A stretch of 62,193 nt of DNA, the filler included, from Dugesia japonica (Eukaryota): assembly GCA_001938525.1 (NCBI GenBank). It is 6 parts of 6 records of this genome, joined end to end, with 100 filler letters (N's around TTAATTAATTAA, not from the genome) between each part and the next. Parts side by side here need not be neighbours in the genome. Positions count along the whole stretch, not along the records: positions 45,123 to 53,178 come from MQRL01595211.1; positions 53,279 to 62,193 come from MQRL01647886.1; 4 more parts are not named here. One strand, 5' to 3'. Both the position numbers and the translations under genes were made by a program. The notes beneath the pieces were generated by a model. That model was given only the letters and a program-made list of their open reading frames with translations. It had not been told where the DNA came from and ran no database searches. Below, piece by piece: positions 51,694 through 62,193 of the stretch; the first letter of the stretch is position 1, and the number at the start of each line of letters is the position of its first letter.

Positions 51694-52281
51694 TTTACCT
51701 TGGAAAATTTTTTTAAATACCTCAATCATAAAGGAGTTCCCAAATTACAATTCAGTAAATTATTTCATTGTTATATCATCTAGGTATCGTGTTCAACATT
51801 GAAATTATTTTGATTGAATTTTAGATTTGTTATTTTAATAAACATTTGTGTGAGATTAATTTTGTATTTCAACCTAACAATTATTATTATTATTATTATA
51901 TTGTGAGATACGTTATGTGGGAATAATTTGAGTTTTTAAAAATTAATTATTGTATAGAATTATTATTTTAAATTAAGTTGTTTGAATATTAGACAGTTTT
52001 TGTGTTTGATTTAAAAAATTTAGTTTTATAAATTAATTTTAGGAATTATCTCTTTAGTTAAGAATTTCTCAGTTGATTTGATTTTTGTATTTGTAACGCA
52101 AGATTTTTATATTTTTAATTGTAAATTTTTTGGTTACATTAACGTTATTATTACATCCTGTTATAATTTTTATTTAAATATATGTTATTCGATAATCACA
52201 GTGTTTTTGATAATGGGTATGTAAGCCCGCTCCCTAACAATTATTATTATTATTATTATTATTGCTATTATTACTGTTTTA

Positions 52282-52442
52282 CAATTGCAATTATTGCGAG
52301 AATAATTGTTGGACATAACCATTGATCGTTTTTTAGAACTCATTTAATATAAAAGCTTTGATCAAAATTTTGGTTTTATTTATTGATATTGGATAACAAT
52401 AAATAAAACCAAAATTTTGATCTAAGCTTTTATATTAAATGA
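52282..52442. repeat. Dispersed palindromic element copy 2; 46-bp stem (52340-52385/52397-52442), one mismatch
   Basis: Same CAATTATTGCGAGAATAATTGTTGGAC head as copy 1; near-perfect inverted repeat with 11-nt loop. Confidence 0.85.
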
Positions 52443-53178
52443 ATACTATTATTATCATTATTTATATTTTAATTAACATATTATTTGTAACAATAATAGT
52501 TAACAATAATTATAATTGAAACATTAATAATAATGATAATAATAATATACATAATAATATATTTATATATGAAATTCAAATTAGAAGTAAAAATATTCAG
52601 AAGGAAATTTTAGCAATTTGAAAAAAATGAAAAATTGTGATAACGAAATGTGATTTATTCAAGAAAATTCATTAGGGAGATAATGTCTCAAGAGATATTA
52701 TAAAATGGAATAAATCTCTGAGCGAGACAGTGATTCTCTTTGGTAAGCCATTACATTTAGGTTTGTTGATTATAAAAAACGTATGTTTTGTTTATGTAAT
52801 GAAAGATTGATTAAAAGTGGTCAACTAAATTAGAATTCATTGATCAATAATAATTTAATTATAAATTTCCAGTATTATATTGATTTATTTGAATTCAAAA
52901 ATTTTCATCAATGTAATTCTTTTTTGTATTCAGCATGAAGATTTATACAAATATGTTACTATTTTCACACTACATAAATATTTTAATAGGTACTCTTGGA
53001 AAAAGAAAATTTTTGTAAAAAATATAATTTCAATAAATTTCTGAATAATAGCTCAAGGTGAGTCTGAGAACTCATTATGATATATTGAATTTATATTGAT
53101 GATGCATAATACGAAATAGATTATTAAACAAGTCATACAGAAGAAATAATGTACAATATCGGCTATCCAATTACTCAG

Positions 53179-53278
53179 NNNNNNNNNNNNNNNNNNNNNN
53201 NNNNNNNNNNNNNNNNNNNNNNTTAATTAATTAANNNNNNNNNNNNNNNNNNNNNNNNNNNNNNNNNNNNNNNNNNNN
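53179..53278. other. Artificial contig linker
   Basis: N44-TTAATTAATTAA-N44. Confidence 0.95.
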
Positions 53279-53317
53279 ATATAATGCATTTCATTATTAT
53301 TTCTTGTAATTTTAATA

Positions 53318-53617
53318 ATGAATTCTTCAAATACAGGAAAAATGAAGATAATGAAAGAACAATTTATTAAGAGGTTTGATATTTATAATTTTATTAAAAA
53401 ATTTAATTTAGGAATGCTTGTTGATATATGCGAAGAACAGGGGATCCTAGACGAAGAAAGAAAACCNATGCTCTCGGATTCTAGTGTCAACCAATAAATG
53501 GATGCTGAATTTTGCGAACCTGATTATATTGGGTGCACAAAGTTTAATCTGATGGTCGCTATGGAAAAGCATCAGATTGAACAACAGAATTATAATAATT
53601 ATTTTTGTTATTATTAA
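53318..53617 (+). pseudogene. Gene X (copy C), disrupted
   Basis: MNSSNTGKMKIMKEQF...MLVDICEEQGILDEERKPML...MDAEFCEPDYIGCTKFNLMVAMEKH with a stop and indels. Confidence 0.7.
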
Positions 53618-53814
53618 TAAAAAATAAATGTATTATTATTAAGTCTTTGTTTTATTTATTTAGTTTTTTTATTTAGTTTTTAAAATATTGTATTAAAAAA
53701 ATGTTTTTATAATTAAAACTAACAAGACATTTTTCATAAATATTTATTTAATTTTAAAAGATAACACAAAGTAAATATTAATTAAACAAATTTAAAAAAA
53801 CAAATTAATTGATT

Positions 53815-54026
53815 TCTTATAGCCTTTAGTCTCCACTTGAATCATCAATTGACTGTCGTCTTCATAATTGATTTCATCTTGTTCTTTAAAGACTATATAA
53901 ATAGTCTCATTGACTTCAATTTGTCTACCCAATCTTGCAAACATGGCTTCCGGTATATTTATATCCTACTCATGAATTCCAGATAGAAGCAAACTAAATT
54001 TGGATCTTTTTATTGAAACTGGTTTC
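53815..54026 (-). pseudogene. Gene Y exon relic, unknown function
   Basis: ttttattttag acceptor, then KPVSIKRSKFSLLLSGIHE*DINIPEAMFARLGRQIEVNETIYIVFKEQ... Confidence 0.4.
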
Positions 54027-54139
54027 TAAAATAAAATAATAATTCATAATGAAATAAAAATTTATTACTTTGAAGTCATAGATAATTAGAGTCTTCAAAA
54101 AGAACATCTTGTAATTATGGGAATCTGTAATTTTCCAAA

Positions 54140-54503
54140 GTTCCACGATGATTGTGATGGTGATTGTGGTTATACTGAAATTGAATACAGAAACTATGAA
54201 AATTATTATGGTAAGAGTTTAATTTATTATTACAACTTTATTTAATTTTTTCTAGAATTAGTGATGGAGATATTACATGCAAGGTTTCCGGAACTTCTTC
54301 ATGAATATATGCGGTTGATGATGAATGAATATTTTAATCATTTATTGCAGACAAAAGCAATAGATATGTTTCAAGTTATAAACAATTTCATCATAGAACT
54401 TCAATCGAATTTCCCTTTCAATGAAAAGTTGAACCATTATGAAATTTTAAAAGAAAAACTTTTAAAGATGACTCTAGAATATGAGAAAAAAATGTTTAAT
54501 TAA
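54140..54503 (+). pseudogene. Gene Z (copy C), intron 54211-54255
   Basis: DDCDGDCGYTEIEYRNYENYY|ELVMEILHARFPELLHEYMR...; 5' part missing. Confidence 0.65.
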
Positions 54504-56870
54504 TAAATGTATTATAAATAATTATTTTATTGGATAATTGTTTTCTTTTATTTTTTTATAATTAGTAAATTAATAAAGTTTTTAATAATACTAAGTAAAC
54601 AAATACAATATTTTGAATAAATTAATTTTATATACATTAACTTTGAATGGTGACATCTTATTACACGGTTAATATGTAAATAATGTACTCATAAACCATG
54701 AAATATAGGGTTACTATGTAAATATTACCCTCATAAGCATTATATTACAAAGTTGTTATTTAACTAATACAAGGTAGCTATGTAAATAATATACTCATAA
54801 ACCCTATAATACATGGTTGCTATGTAAAAAATACAAGGTAACTGTGTATATAATAAATTCACAAACCTTATAATACAGGGTATCTATACAAATAATACAC
54901 TCATAATCCTTATAATACCTGGTTGCTATATAAATAATACAATGTAACTATGCAAATAATATACTCATAAACCATATATACAATCATATCAATATTTTTT
55001 TATAAGTCTTTATATAGACTTATTAGTTATATATGGAAAGATTCCATGAATTTATGATTTTCATGAAAGAATGTTCTATGTTTATATCATTTTGTAAAGA
55101 AATGTTCTTAGCTAATATATTTTTTATTAAACATTGCATTGCTAATGATATTTATTATTAAAAATTGCAACACTAATGAGACTTTTTATTAAAAATTGCA
55201 TCGCTAATGAGATTTTATATTTAAAATTGCATCACTAATATGTTTTTTTAAAGAAAATTATCACTAGTAATATGTTTTTTTAGAAAATAACGTAGCTAAT
55301 ATTTTTTTTATGAAAAAAGTTTTATGTTTTATCATCTTGTAAAGCAAAGCTTTTATTTGAATATTTTATCATGTAAATATCTCAAAGAATCTCCTCTTTG
55401 AAATTTTTGATAGATATGATTTACCACAAAGAATATTTTATCATGTTAATTTTAGACTGCTTAATTTCTTGCAAGACTGCCTCAATGTTTTAATAATGAA
55501 TGCAATAGGGCAACACGTGCCTGAAAATCACGTGCATTGAAATTTTTTATTAATAAATGAAATAGGTATGCAACTCAGATGCTAAAAGAATGCAACACAC
55601 ATACATTGAATATCACATGCCAATTAATTTTAGACTGTCCCATCTAAAGTAAAAATATTTTTAAAAAAATCATTAATGCCTCAATCTCTTTTAAAAATAT
55701 CAAGACTACACAATATCTTGCAATAATATCAAGACTTACCTATCTAAAGTAAAACATAAAGAAATAATCAATAATGCTTCAATCAAGACTGCCCAATCTC
55801 TTACAAAAATATCATGCCTGTTCCATTCTATGCAAAATATAGAGGCTTCCTATACCATGCAAAATATTAAGACTGCCCATACCATGCATAAATATCAATA
55901 CTGCCCCATCTCATACATAAATATAAAGTCTTCTCAAAAAAAAAATTTTACTTTCCCTCCCAAAAAAAAATTTTTAAATTTCCCGCCAAAAAATTCAATA
56001 ATTTCAAGACTCCCATCTTCAGTCATAAAAAATATTAAAAACAACCCTATCACTTAAAAATACTCAAAAATACTCAAAAATACATGATTCTTACAAAAAT
56101 ACCATTACATTCAATAAATTCATCATTTTAAGCAAAATACAGCATTTTTAACCAAAATAAAGATTTCAAAACATTATTACGTCTTACCCAGAAAGTTGAA
56201 AAATTTCAATTAATTAATTAAAAAAATTTGATAATTAATTCTCTTTCCACACATACCTTTTTCCCCTCCCGAAAAATATTTTTAATACACTTATACTACT
56301 TACAAATATCAACCATTCAAATTCGATTACAACCAATCAGAAATTAAAGCACAATCGACATTCCAAATATTCCCCATCACATTACCTTTCCAACAATATA
56401 TCAACCAAAAAGATCCATCAATCCCATACAAACATGCACCCTCTCAAAAAAACCCACGATAACTCTTACAACTGTGCCCATGCGCTACCATAGTTCTAGG
56501 ACAAACCATTCATCCAACCTCATAAGTTCTTAAGACAATATATAGACCAATATATATTGTCCAACAACAACCAAATCTTAAAAACTCCAAAAAAAATATT
56601 TTCAAGATCTATCAACAATCCATCGAGTCCAAATTCATTAGCAACCCAAACACACGCAAATTTTAAAATTTAAAAATATACACGTACACCCCTAGGATAA
56701 AAAAAATGATCCGATCAAAAAAAAAATTTTAACCCCAAAAATCTTAGAAAAAAAACTAGCACAAAAATACCAGCACAAAAATACCAACACAAAAATACCA
56801 CCACAATCGTAATGTGTTTCCGTGCCCCCTCGGGGTGTAAATTATGCTTGGTCGCTACTATCTACCTACT

Positions 56871-58860
56871 AAATAAATATACCAAAGTTTAACTTGCACA
56901 TAGCATTTTTGGACATACCTGATGCCTTCGGTAGTATAATAATTAACCATATTCTTGGTTTGTTGGCACAGATGGATGTTACTGAAAAGGCTACTGGTTA
57001 ATTCAGAGCTCTTAATTCTGACTTCTCAAGCAATTACATCTGCAATAAGGTTTCTACTAACCCTATTGCTAACAGAAGGGGTTTTATACAGAGCTGTCCT
57101 CTATCTATGTTGTTGTATAACATCGGCATTAANNNNNNNNNNNNNNNNNNNNNNNNNNNNNNNNNNNNNNNNNNNNNNNNNNNNNNTCATCCCATATTTT
57201 GTATGGCATATCCAGATGATCTAGAACTTGTAGCCTCTTCCAAGATAAGCCTTCAGGATTTGGTTGATGTCGATGAACAATTCGCAGATTAGTCACATCT
57301 TGATTTTCGACAAAGCCAACGCGCCCATTTACCTTGTCCAATAAATGGCTAGCTTGCTCAAATTGTTGTTAAGGGAGAAGTTATCCCAAAGCTGTTGAAT
57401 AAAGACTCTTATCGCTATCTTGAGACCGATTTTAATTGTGAACACTTTCAAACACCAACGGGATCTTGAGAAAATTTCTAACACAGTTCTGTATCCTTGG
57501 CAGAAAATCCACGCGTATCGAACCTTTATTCATTCTAGATTCACGTTCGCGTTCAGACATTTTAAAATTCCGTTATGAAAGTTTGACTGCAGTAAGTATT
57601 ATGAAAATGGGATTCTTCTTCGTCCACGAGTTATCGATTAGAGCATTCGTTCTAGCATTCGTCAGATTTTATCTTTTTCAACTAATGCTACTTCTGACTA
57701 TTTATATAGTTCCCGTAAACTTGGGACAGTTGCAAGAGACGAATATTCCGTACAATCTCTAGTTTAGGTGTTTCAAACCTTTGATTGCCCTGACAAGATT
57801 GTACGGGATGTGGCTAGCAACGATCTTGCCCATGCCGCGACTAAGCATCTCAAGCGTTTCGAATTGTGTTCCATAGATGAAGCACTTGATTGGCTCTGCA
57901 TAAATACTACTAACTCAAATCTCATGTGCTGGTGGTCTAAAGCCTATGATGCAATTGCTCATGAATTATTTGATTTCGTTTAGATACCAGAGAGGTCTGA
58001 CCAAGCTGCTTCATAATCTTTTGAATTGGGCTCACATAGGAAAGTGGAGCATTCTGTATAAGCAGAAAGTCTATCAACTGCAATTATTGACTTCTTCTCT
58101 TAACTAAGCTGCTATTTGATGGATCTATCAATATGGAAAGCTGAAGTTTCATTTATAAGGCAAGTACAAGCACACTTTATGTAGGGAGCAATCATGGTAT
58201 GCCTTTTAAATCAGGCAGGAAATGATCTATTCATCTTGAAACTCAAGCACATGTTTTCTGTCGTTGTGGTCCTTCTTCTTCATTCCGATTTGGAAAGCAC
58301 AATGATGTGCTTGAGCTGCTTGTTAGATTTGTTAGATCCAACACCAACTATAAGGTCATTGCCGATCAGACTTGTGAATTTGTCAACAAAACTGATCGCA
58401 TCGATCTTCAGCTGATAAATATCAGGACTAAGCGTGTTATCCTTTTAGATGTGAAGATTCCCTATGACACTTCCAATAATATCAAACTAGTCAGAGATAA
58501 TAATATCGTCAAATTCAAGGCTAGTGTGATTAGGAAATTTGAGTTGATATCGATAAGGAAATGCATTGCCTGGTCCAGCAAACAATGGCGCTTACATAAC
58601 GGTGCAATGGAAAATTCTGATCAAAAATGTGGAATTGTTTATGACAGTGAGTCTAAAATGAAAAAGTTAAAATAGGTTCCTAAATTTAGGGTGTATTCTG
58701 AGTTTTNNNNNNNNNNNNNNNNNNNNNNNNNNNNNNNNNNNNNNNNNNNNNNNNNNTTTTTATTTTTTTTGTATTTTTTTGTTTTCTTACAGCATTTCCG
58801 CTTGCCGAACCAGGACTCAATTAATCCTGGAACGAGTTTTCTGGTCTGAAAAAAGACCTT
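56871..58860 (+). mobile_element. Decayed RLE-type non-LTR retrotransposon (RT to endonuclease to 3' UTR), 5' end cut at the Polinton terminus
   Basis: LHIAFLDIPDAFGSI; GVL/QSCPLSMLLYNI; MAYPDDL; KHNDVLELL; RIDLQLIN...VILLDVKIPYD; same family as 2650-4180. Confidence 0.9.
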
Positions 58861-59915
58861 TNCATATCTTGGCGTATTAATACCTGTGAATTTGAGTTCG
58901 ATTCATATGATTGTTCATTTATTTTTTNCACGTTTTTTCGAATTTTGTTAGCTTCATATACAGTTTGATGATTTTAAGTGATTATATTAAGAATAAACGA
59001 AACATTCTCTGTCTAATAGATACTTTGATGTTCAAATTTGAGATACGTTTTATTTTTTTTCCAAATTATATTATTGGTCCTCGGGGACTCCCAAATTAAG
59101 TACATCTTTTTTCAATAACCTTTTATCTACATGGTTTGGGGATTTTAAGTTTACATATTCGGAATCAGTGAAAATATCTCTATCTCTACCTTTTTAATCA
59201 ATTTTGAGAAACGTTTTTAATTTTTGAAAAAAGTTACCAAATCCGGGAAGACAGCTGTATATCTTCGTTAGGAAGCATTTTTGTCTAGACGATATTTCAA
59301 CTTTGTACAGTCACCTTTACCTACTAAGTTTGATGATATTAATTTGAAACCATACGAGTTATATACGCAGAGAAAAATGAGCACTAAAATTAAAAACTTG
59401 AGATTTTTCACCACAAAACCCTATTTATTTCATCTCGGATAAACTTTGACGAAAACTTTGGCAGAAAATTCTCNNTCTAATAGACATGGCTATTTTATAA
59501 AAAAAAAGAAAAAAACTTTTTCGAAAAATTTTTATATGCGAAAATTAATATCCATCGAATTCTGCATCGATTGGTGTAATAATCTCGACAAAAAAACGTT
59601 TCAAAAATTATCTAATTTTGGGAAGTTATCATAGAAAATTTGATTTAAAAATTTTAAAAATCTACAAATTGAAACAAATTTAACATTTTTCGTAAAAATT
59701 CAAACCAAACGGACCAATCCTGAGGATATTATCGCTCAAATTCACCAAAAACTAACCCTTGTGAGAAAATAATTCACCACGATTGTAAAAAAATTACCAA
59801 AACTAACCATGCGAAGAAATAATTGACCGAATCTTCCAAAAAATTATCCAAATTAACTAATTCCAAGATAATAATTGATCAAAATTAAAATTACTATCTT
59901 TAAATTAAAATTCAT

Positions 59916-60098
59916 AGTAGGCAGATAGTGCAGCACTGGTATAGCAACACATTTGAAAATTTCTTGAAATAATTAAGCACATTTTTAAAATTTTTTAAAA
60001 AACACAAGCACAGTTTACAAATTTTTCAAACGTCAAAATTATGAGGGGAGGGCAGGTATACTTTATGGACTGTGCCAGTACTGCACTATCTACTTACT
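59916..60098. mobile_element. Miniature element bounded by Polinton-like termini
   Basis: AGTAGGCAGATAGTGCAGCACTGG ... CCAGTACTGCACTATCTACTTACT (24-bp inverted pair, 3 mismatches). Confidence 0.7.
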
Positions 60099-60713
60099 AG
60101 AAAAGTAGTAATAATTATTTAATTTTGATTTATTAATAAAGTTATTATAACTTATAGACAGTATGAACCTTGATTGTTGTCCTATAAATATCTTTGTGAA
60201 ATAATCTATTATTATAAACTTAATATTATGCGTTGTATACCATACAAAAAATTTTAAGTTATTCAAATGCAAACAATAAAAATAATAAAATGAAAATAAA
60301 CAAATGCAATATAACAGCAATTAGACACAATTTTCGCTTTGAAAATAGTTCAAAGTTCTCTCACAATTCTTTAATAAAACTAAAACAATAAAAACGTGAT
60401 ATCTGAAAATCATTTTAGCAATATTATTAAATTTGTTGTTTCTTTAAATAATTCAATTAGAATTAGTGATATTTTTTTTAATATTTCGCAAATAATTTTT
60501 GTGAAAACTACACTTCATTTAAACAAAAATTTAAAAATAATTTTTTATTAATGCATATTTATTTACTAATGAACAGTTTCATTTTGATTTATCAATCAAA
60601 TTAAATTGATTTAACAACATCAATTTACATCTGTTACTATTAATATTTGACATATCTTATTTAAACAAACTTATCTGGTTTAAATTATCACTTATTTTAA
60701 ATTATTATGGAAT

Positions 60714-62033
60714 ATGAACTTTGGAAATAGTTTGACGAGAAAGTTTGTAATTAATAAAGGTAAAAACAACTCAATAAAATTGAAAGGAAATTCTAAATTT
60801 TATGAAAGTGGAAACAATGATGAAAAATCTATAGAAATAATTGAAAATGAAAGATTATCGAGAAATTATTTAAAACCAACTTTTCAAGTGAAAGACAGAT
60901 TTTTTTGTATGATTTGTGATAAACTATTAAAACAACCGGTTCAATCAGATTGTGGATGTCGGTTTTGTGATAAATGTTACGATCAACATTTTTCATTAAC
61001 ATCAAATAAATGTCCAACAAAAGATTGTTGTAAAATCGAAATCAAAAATAAACATCGAGATCGAGAAATTGAAAGAGAAATGGACAAATTTTCGATTTCA
61101 TGCATCAATGATAACTGTACNNNNNNNNNNNNNNNNNNNNNNNNNNNNNNNNNNNNNNNNNNNNNNNNNNNNNNNNNNNNNNNNNNNNNNNNNNNNNNNN
61201 NNNNNNNNNNNNNNNNNNNNNNNNNNNNNNNNNNNNAAAATGATTGTATAAATCGAAAAATTCAATGTAAATTTTGTTTGAAAGAAATGTCAGTTTATGA
61301 GGCAAAGAATTACCATTTTAATATTGAAAACATCTCTGAATATTGTGAAAAAGATTCTGGAAAATGTCCATACGATTGTTCTCCAGATATTCATAAGAAT
61401 ATAAAGTTTCATTTAGTAATGAAACATACAGATAAATGTAATTATTTTAATAAAAATCCTTTGGAAATCGGTAAAAAATTTTCCATTTATGAAAAAGAAA
61501 TCGTAAATATAGATGAAAATGAGTCTGCAATTGGTATTAAATCAGAAATTGAAGAAATCAGAAAAAATATTAAAGTTAAACGTTATGTAGGAACGAGATA
61601 TATTTGGAAAATTACAAGATTTTCGAATTATTTTGAAAAATCTAAATCAAATCAACAAACGTATATTTTAAGTCCACCATTTTATACTGAAGAATTGGGT
61701 TACAAAATTTACGTAAAAGTTTATCCATATGGTGATGGAACAGCGAATGGAAATCATTTATCAATATTTATTGCCATCGCAAAAGGAAAGTACGATCCAC
61801 TTTTACAGTGGCCATTTAAACATAAATTTAAACTTCAAATTTTAAATCAAAATAACAATAAAAACCATACAGAATGTTTTCGACCAGACTCTGAATCACC
61901 TTGTTATCAGAGACCATTAAAAGATATTAATGTAGCAACTGGTAATCCGAAATTTATAAGTTTTGAAAAATTATTTGAGAATGACGATCTGATTAAAGAT
62001 GATATTTTGTTTATTAATTGTGAGATATTTTAA
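60714..62033 (+). CDS. TRAF: TNF receptor-associated factor (RING, TRAF Zn fingers, MATH/TRAF-C), apparently intronless
   Basis: CMICDKLLKQPVQSDCGCRFCDKC RING; YIWKI...SPPFYT...GYKIYVKVYPYGDG...HLSIFIAI.KGKYDPLLQWPF...FRPD...FI....DDILFI MATH domain. Confidence 0.95.
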   Translation: MNFGNSLTRKFVINKGKNNSIKLKGNSKFYESGNNDEKSIEIIENERLSRNYLKPTFQVKDRFFCMICDKLLKQPVQSDCGCRFCDKCYDQHFSLTSNKCPTKDCCKIEIKNKHRDREIEREMDKFSISCINDNCXXXXXXXXXXXXXXXXXXXXXXXXXXXXXXXXXXXXXXXXNDCINRKIQCKFCLKEMSVYEAKNYHFNIENISEYCEKDSGKCPYDCSPDIHKNIKFHLVMKHTDKCNYFNKNPLEIGKKFSIYEKEIVNIDENESAIGIKSEIEEIRKNIKVKRYVGTRYIWKITRFSNYFEKSKSNQQTYILSPPFYTEELGYKIYVKVYPYGDGTANGNHLSIFIAIAKGKYDPLLQWPFKHKFKLQILNQNNNKNHTECFRPDSESPCYQRPLKDINVATGNPKFISFEKLFENDDLIKDDILFINCEIF

Positions 62034-62193
62034 TTTTTTTTAATTTGTTTATTTTATAATCTACCTAATCCTTATTTTAATTGATATAATTGATATAATT
62101 GATGTAATTAATTAATTGTTATATATATATAAGTAATAGAAAAACTACTTTTAAAATTCAAGCATCATAGTGACCCCTTAAAAAGCCTACCCC

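Larger units (their letters stand above)
53279..56870. mobile_element. Polinton/Maverick copy C: arm with genes X, Y, Z and terminal repeat ending ...CTACTATCTACCTACT
   Basis: 53279-53670 is the reverse-complement homolog of 33736-34140; terminal arrays as in copy B; AGTAG-type terminus. Confidence 0.85.

Overview
Very AT-rich eukaryotic DNA with GT-AG introns, probably from a flatworm such as a planarian (inferred from AT content, an intronless TRAF gene and a flatworm-type PH-like protein; not provable here). Five artificial 100-bp linkers (N44-TTAATTAATTAA-N44) split the window into six assembly pieces, so adjacency across linkers is unreliable. Host genes: two exons of an IRS/DOK/FRS2-type PTB adaptor, an intronless PH/PTB-like protein with 16-aa C-terminal repeats, and a RING-Zn-MATH TRAF. 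Most other recognisable sequence is mobile-element debris: RLE-type non-LTR retroelements, Tc1, MULE, hAT and pogo-like MITEs. The main result is three decayed copies of one Polinton/Maverick (adintovirus-like) family. It shows packaging ATPase, integrase, penton and major capsid relics and long repeat-rich termini ending in CTACT. One arm carries a divergent TATA-binding-protein (TBP)-fold gene (seen in two copies), small intron-containing genes, and possibly an HMG-box-like fragment. E2F-consensus sites sit in the terminal repeats. A separate protein-primed PolB relic lies in the adaptor gene's intron. All family assignments come from motif recognition by eye, not database searches.
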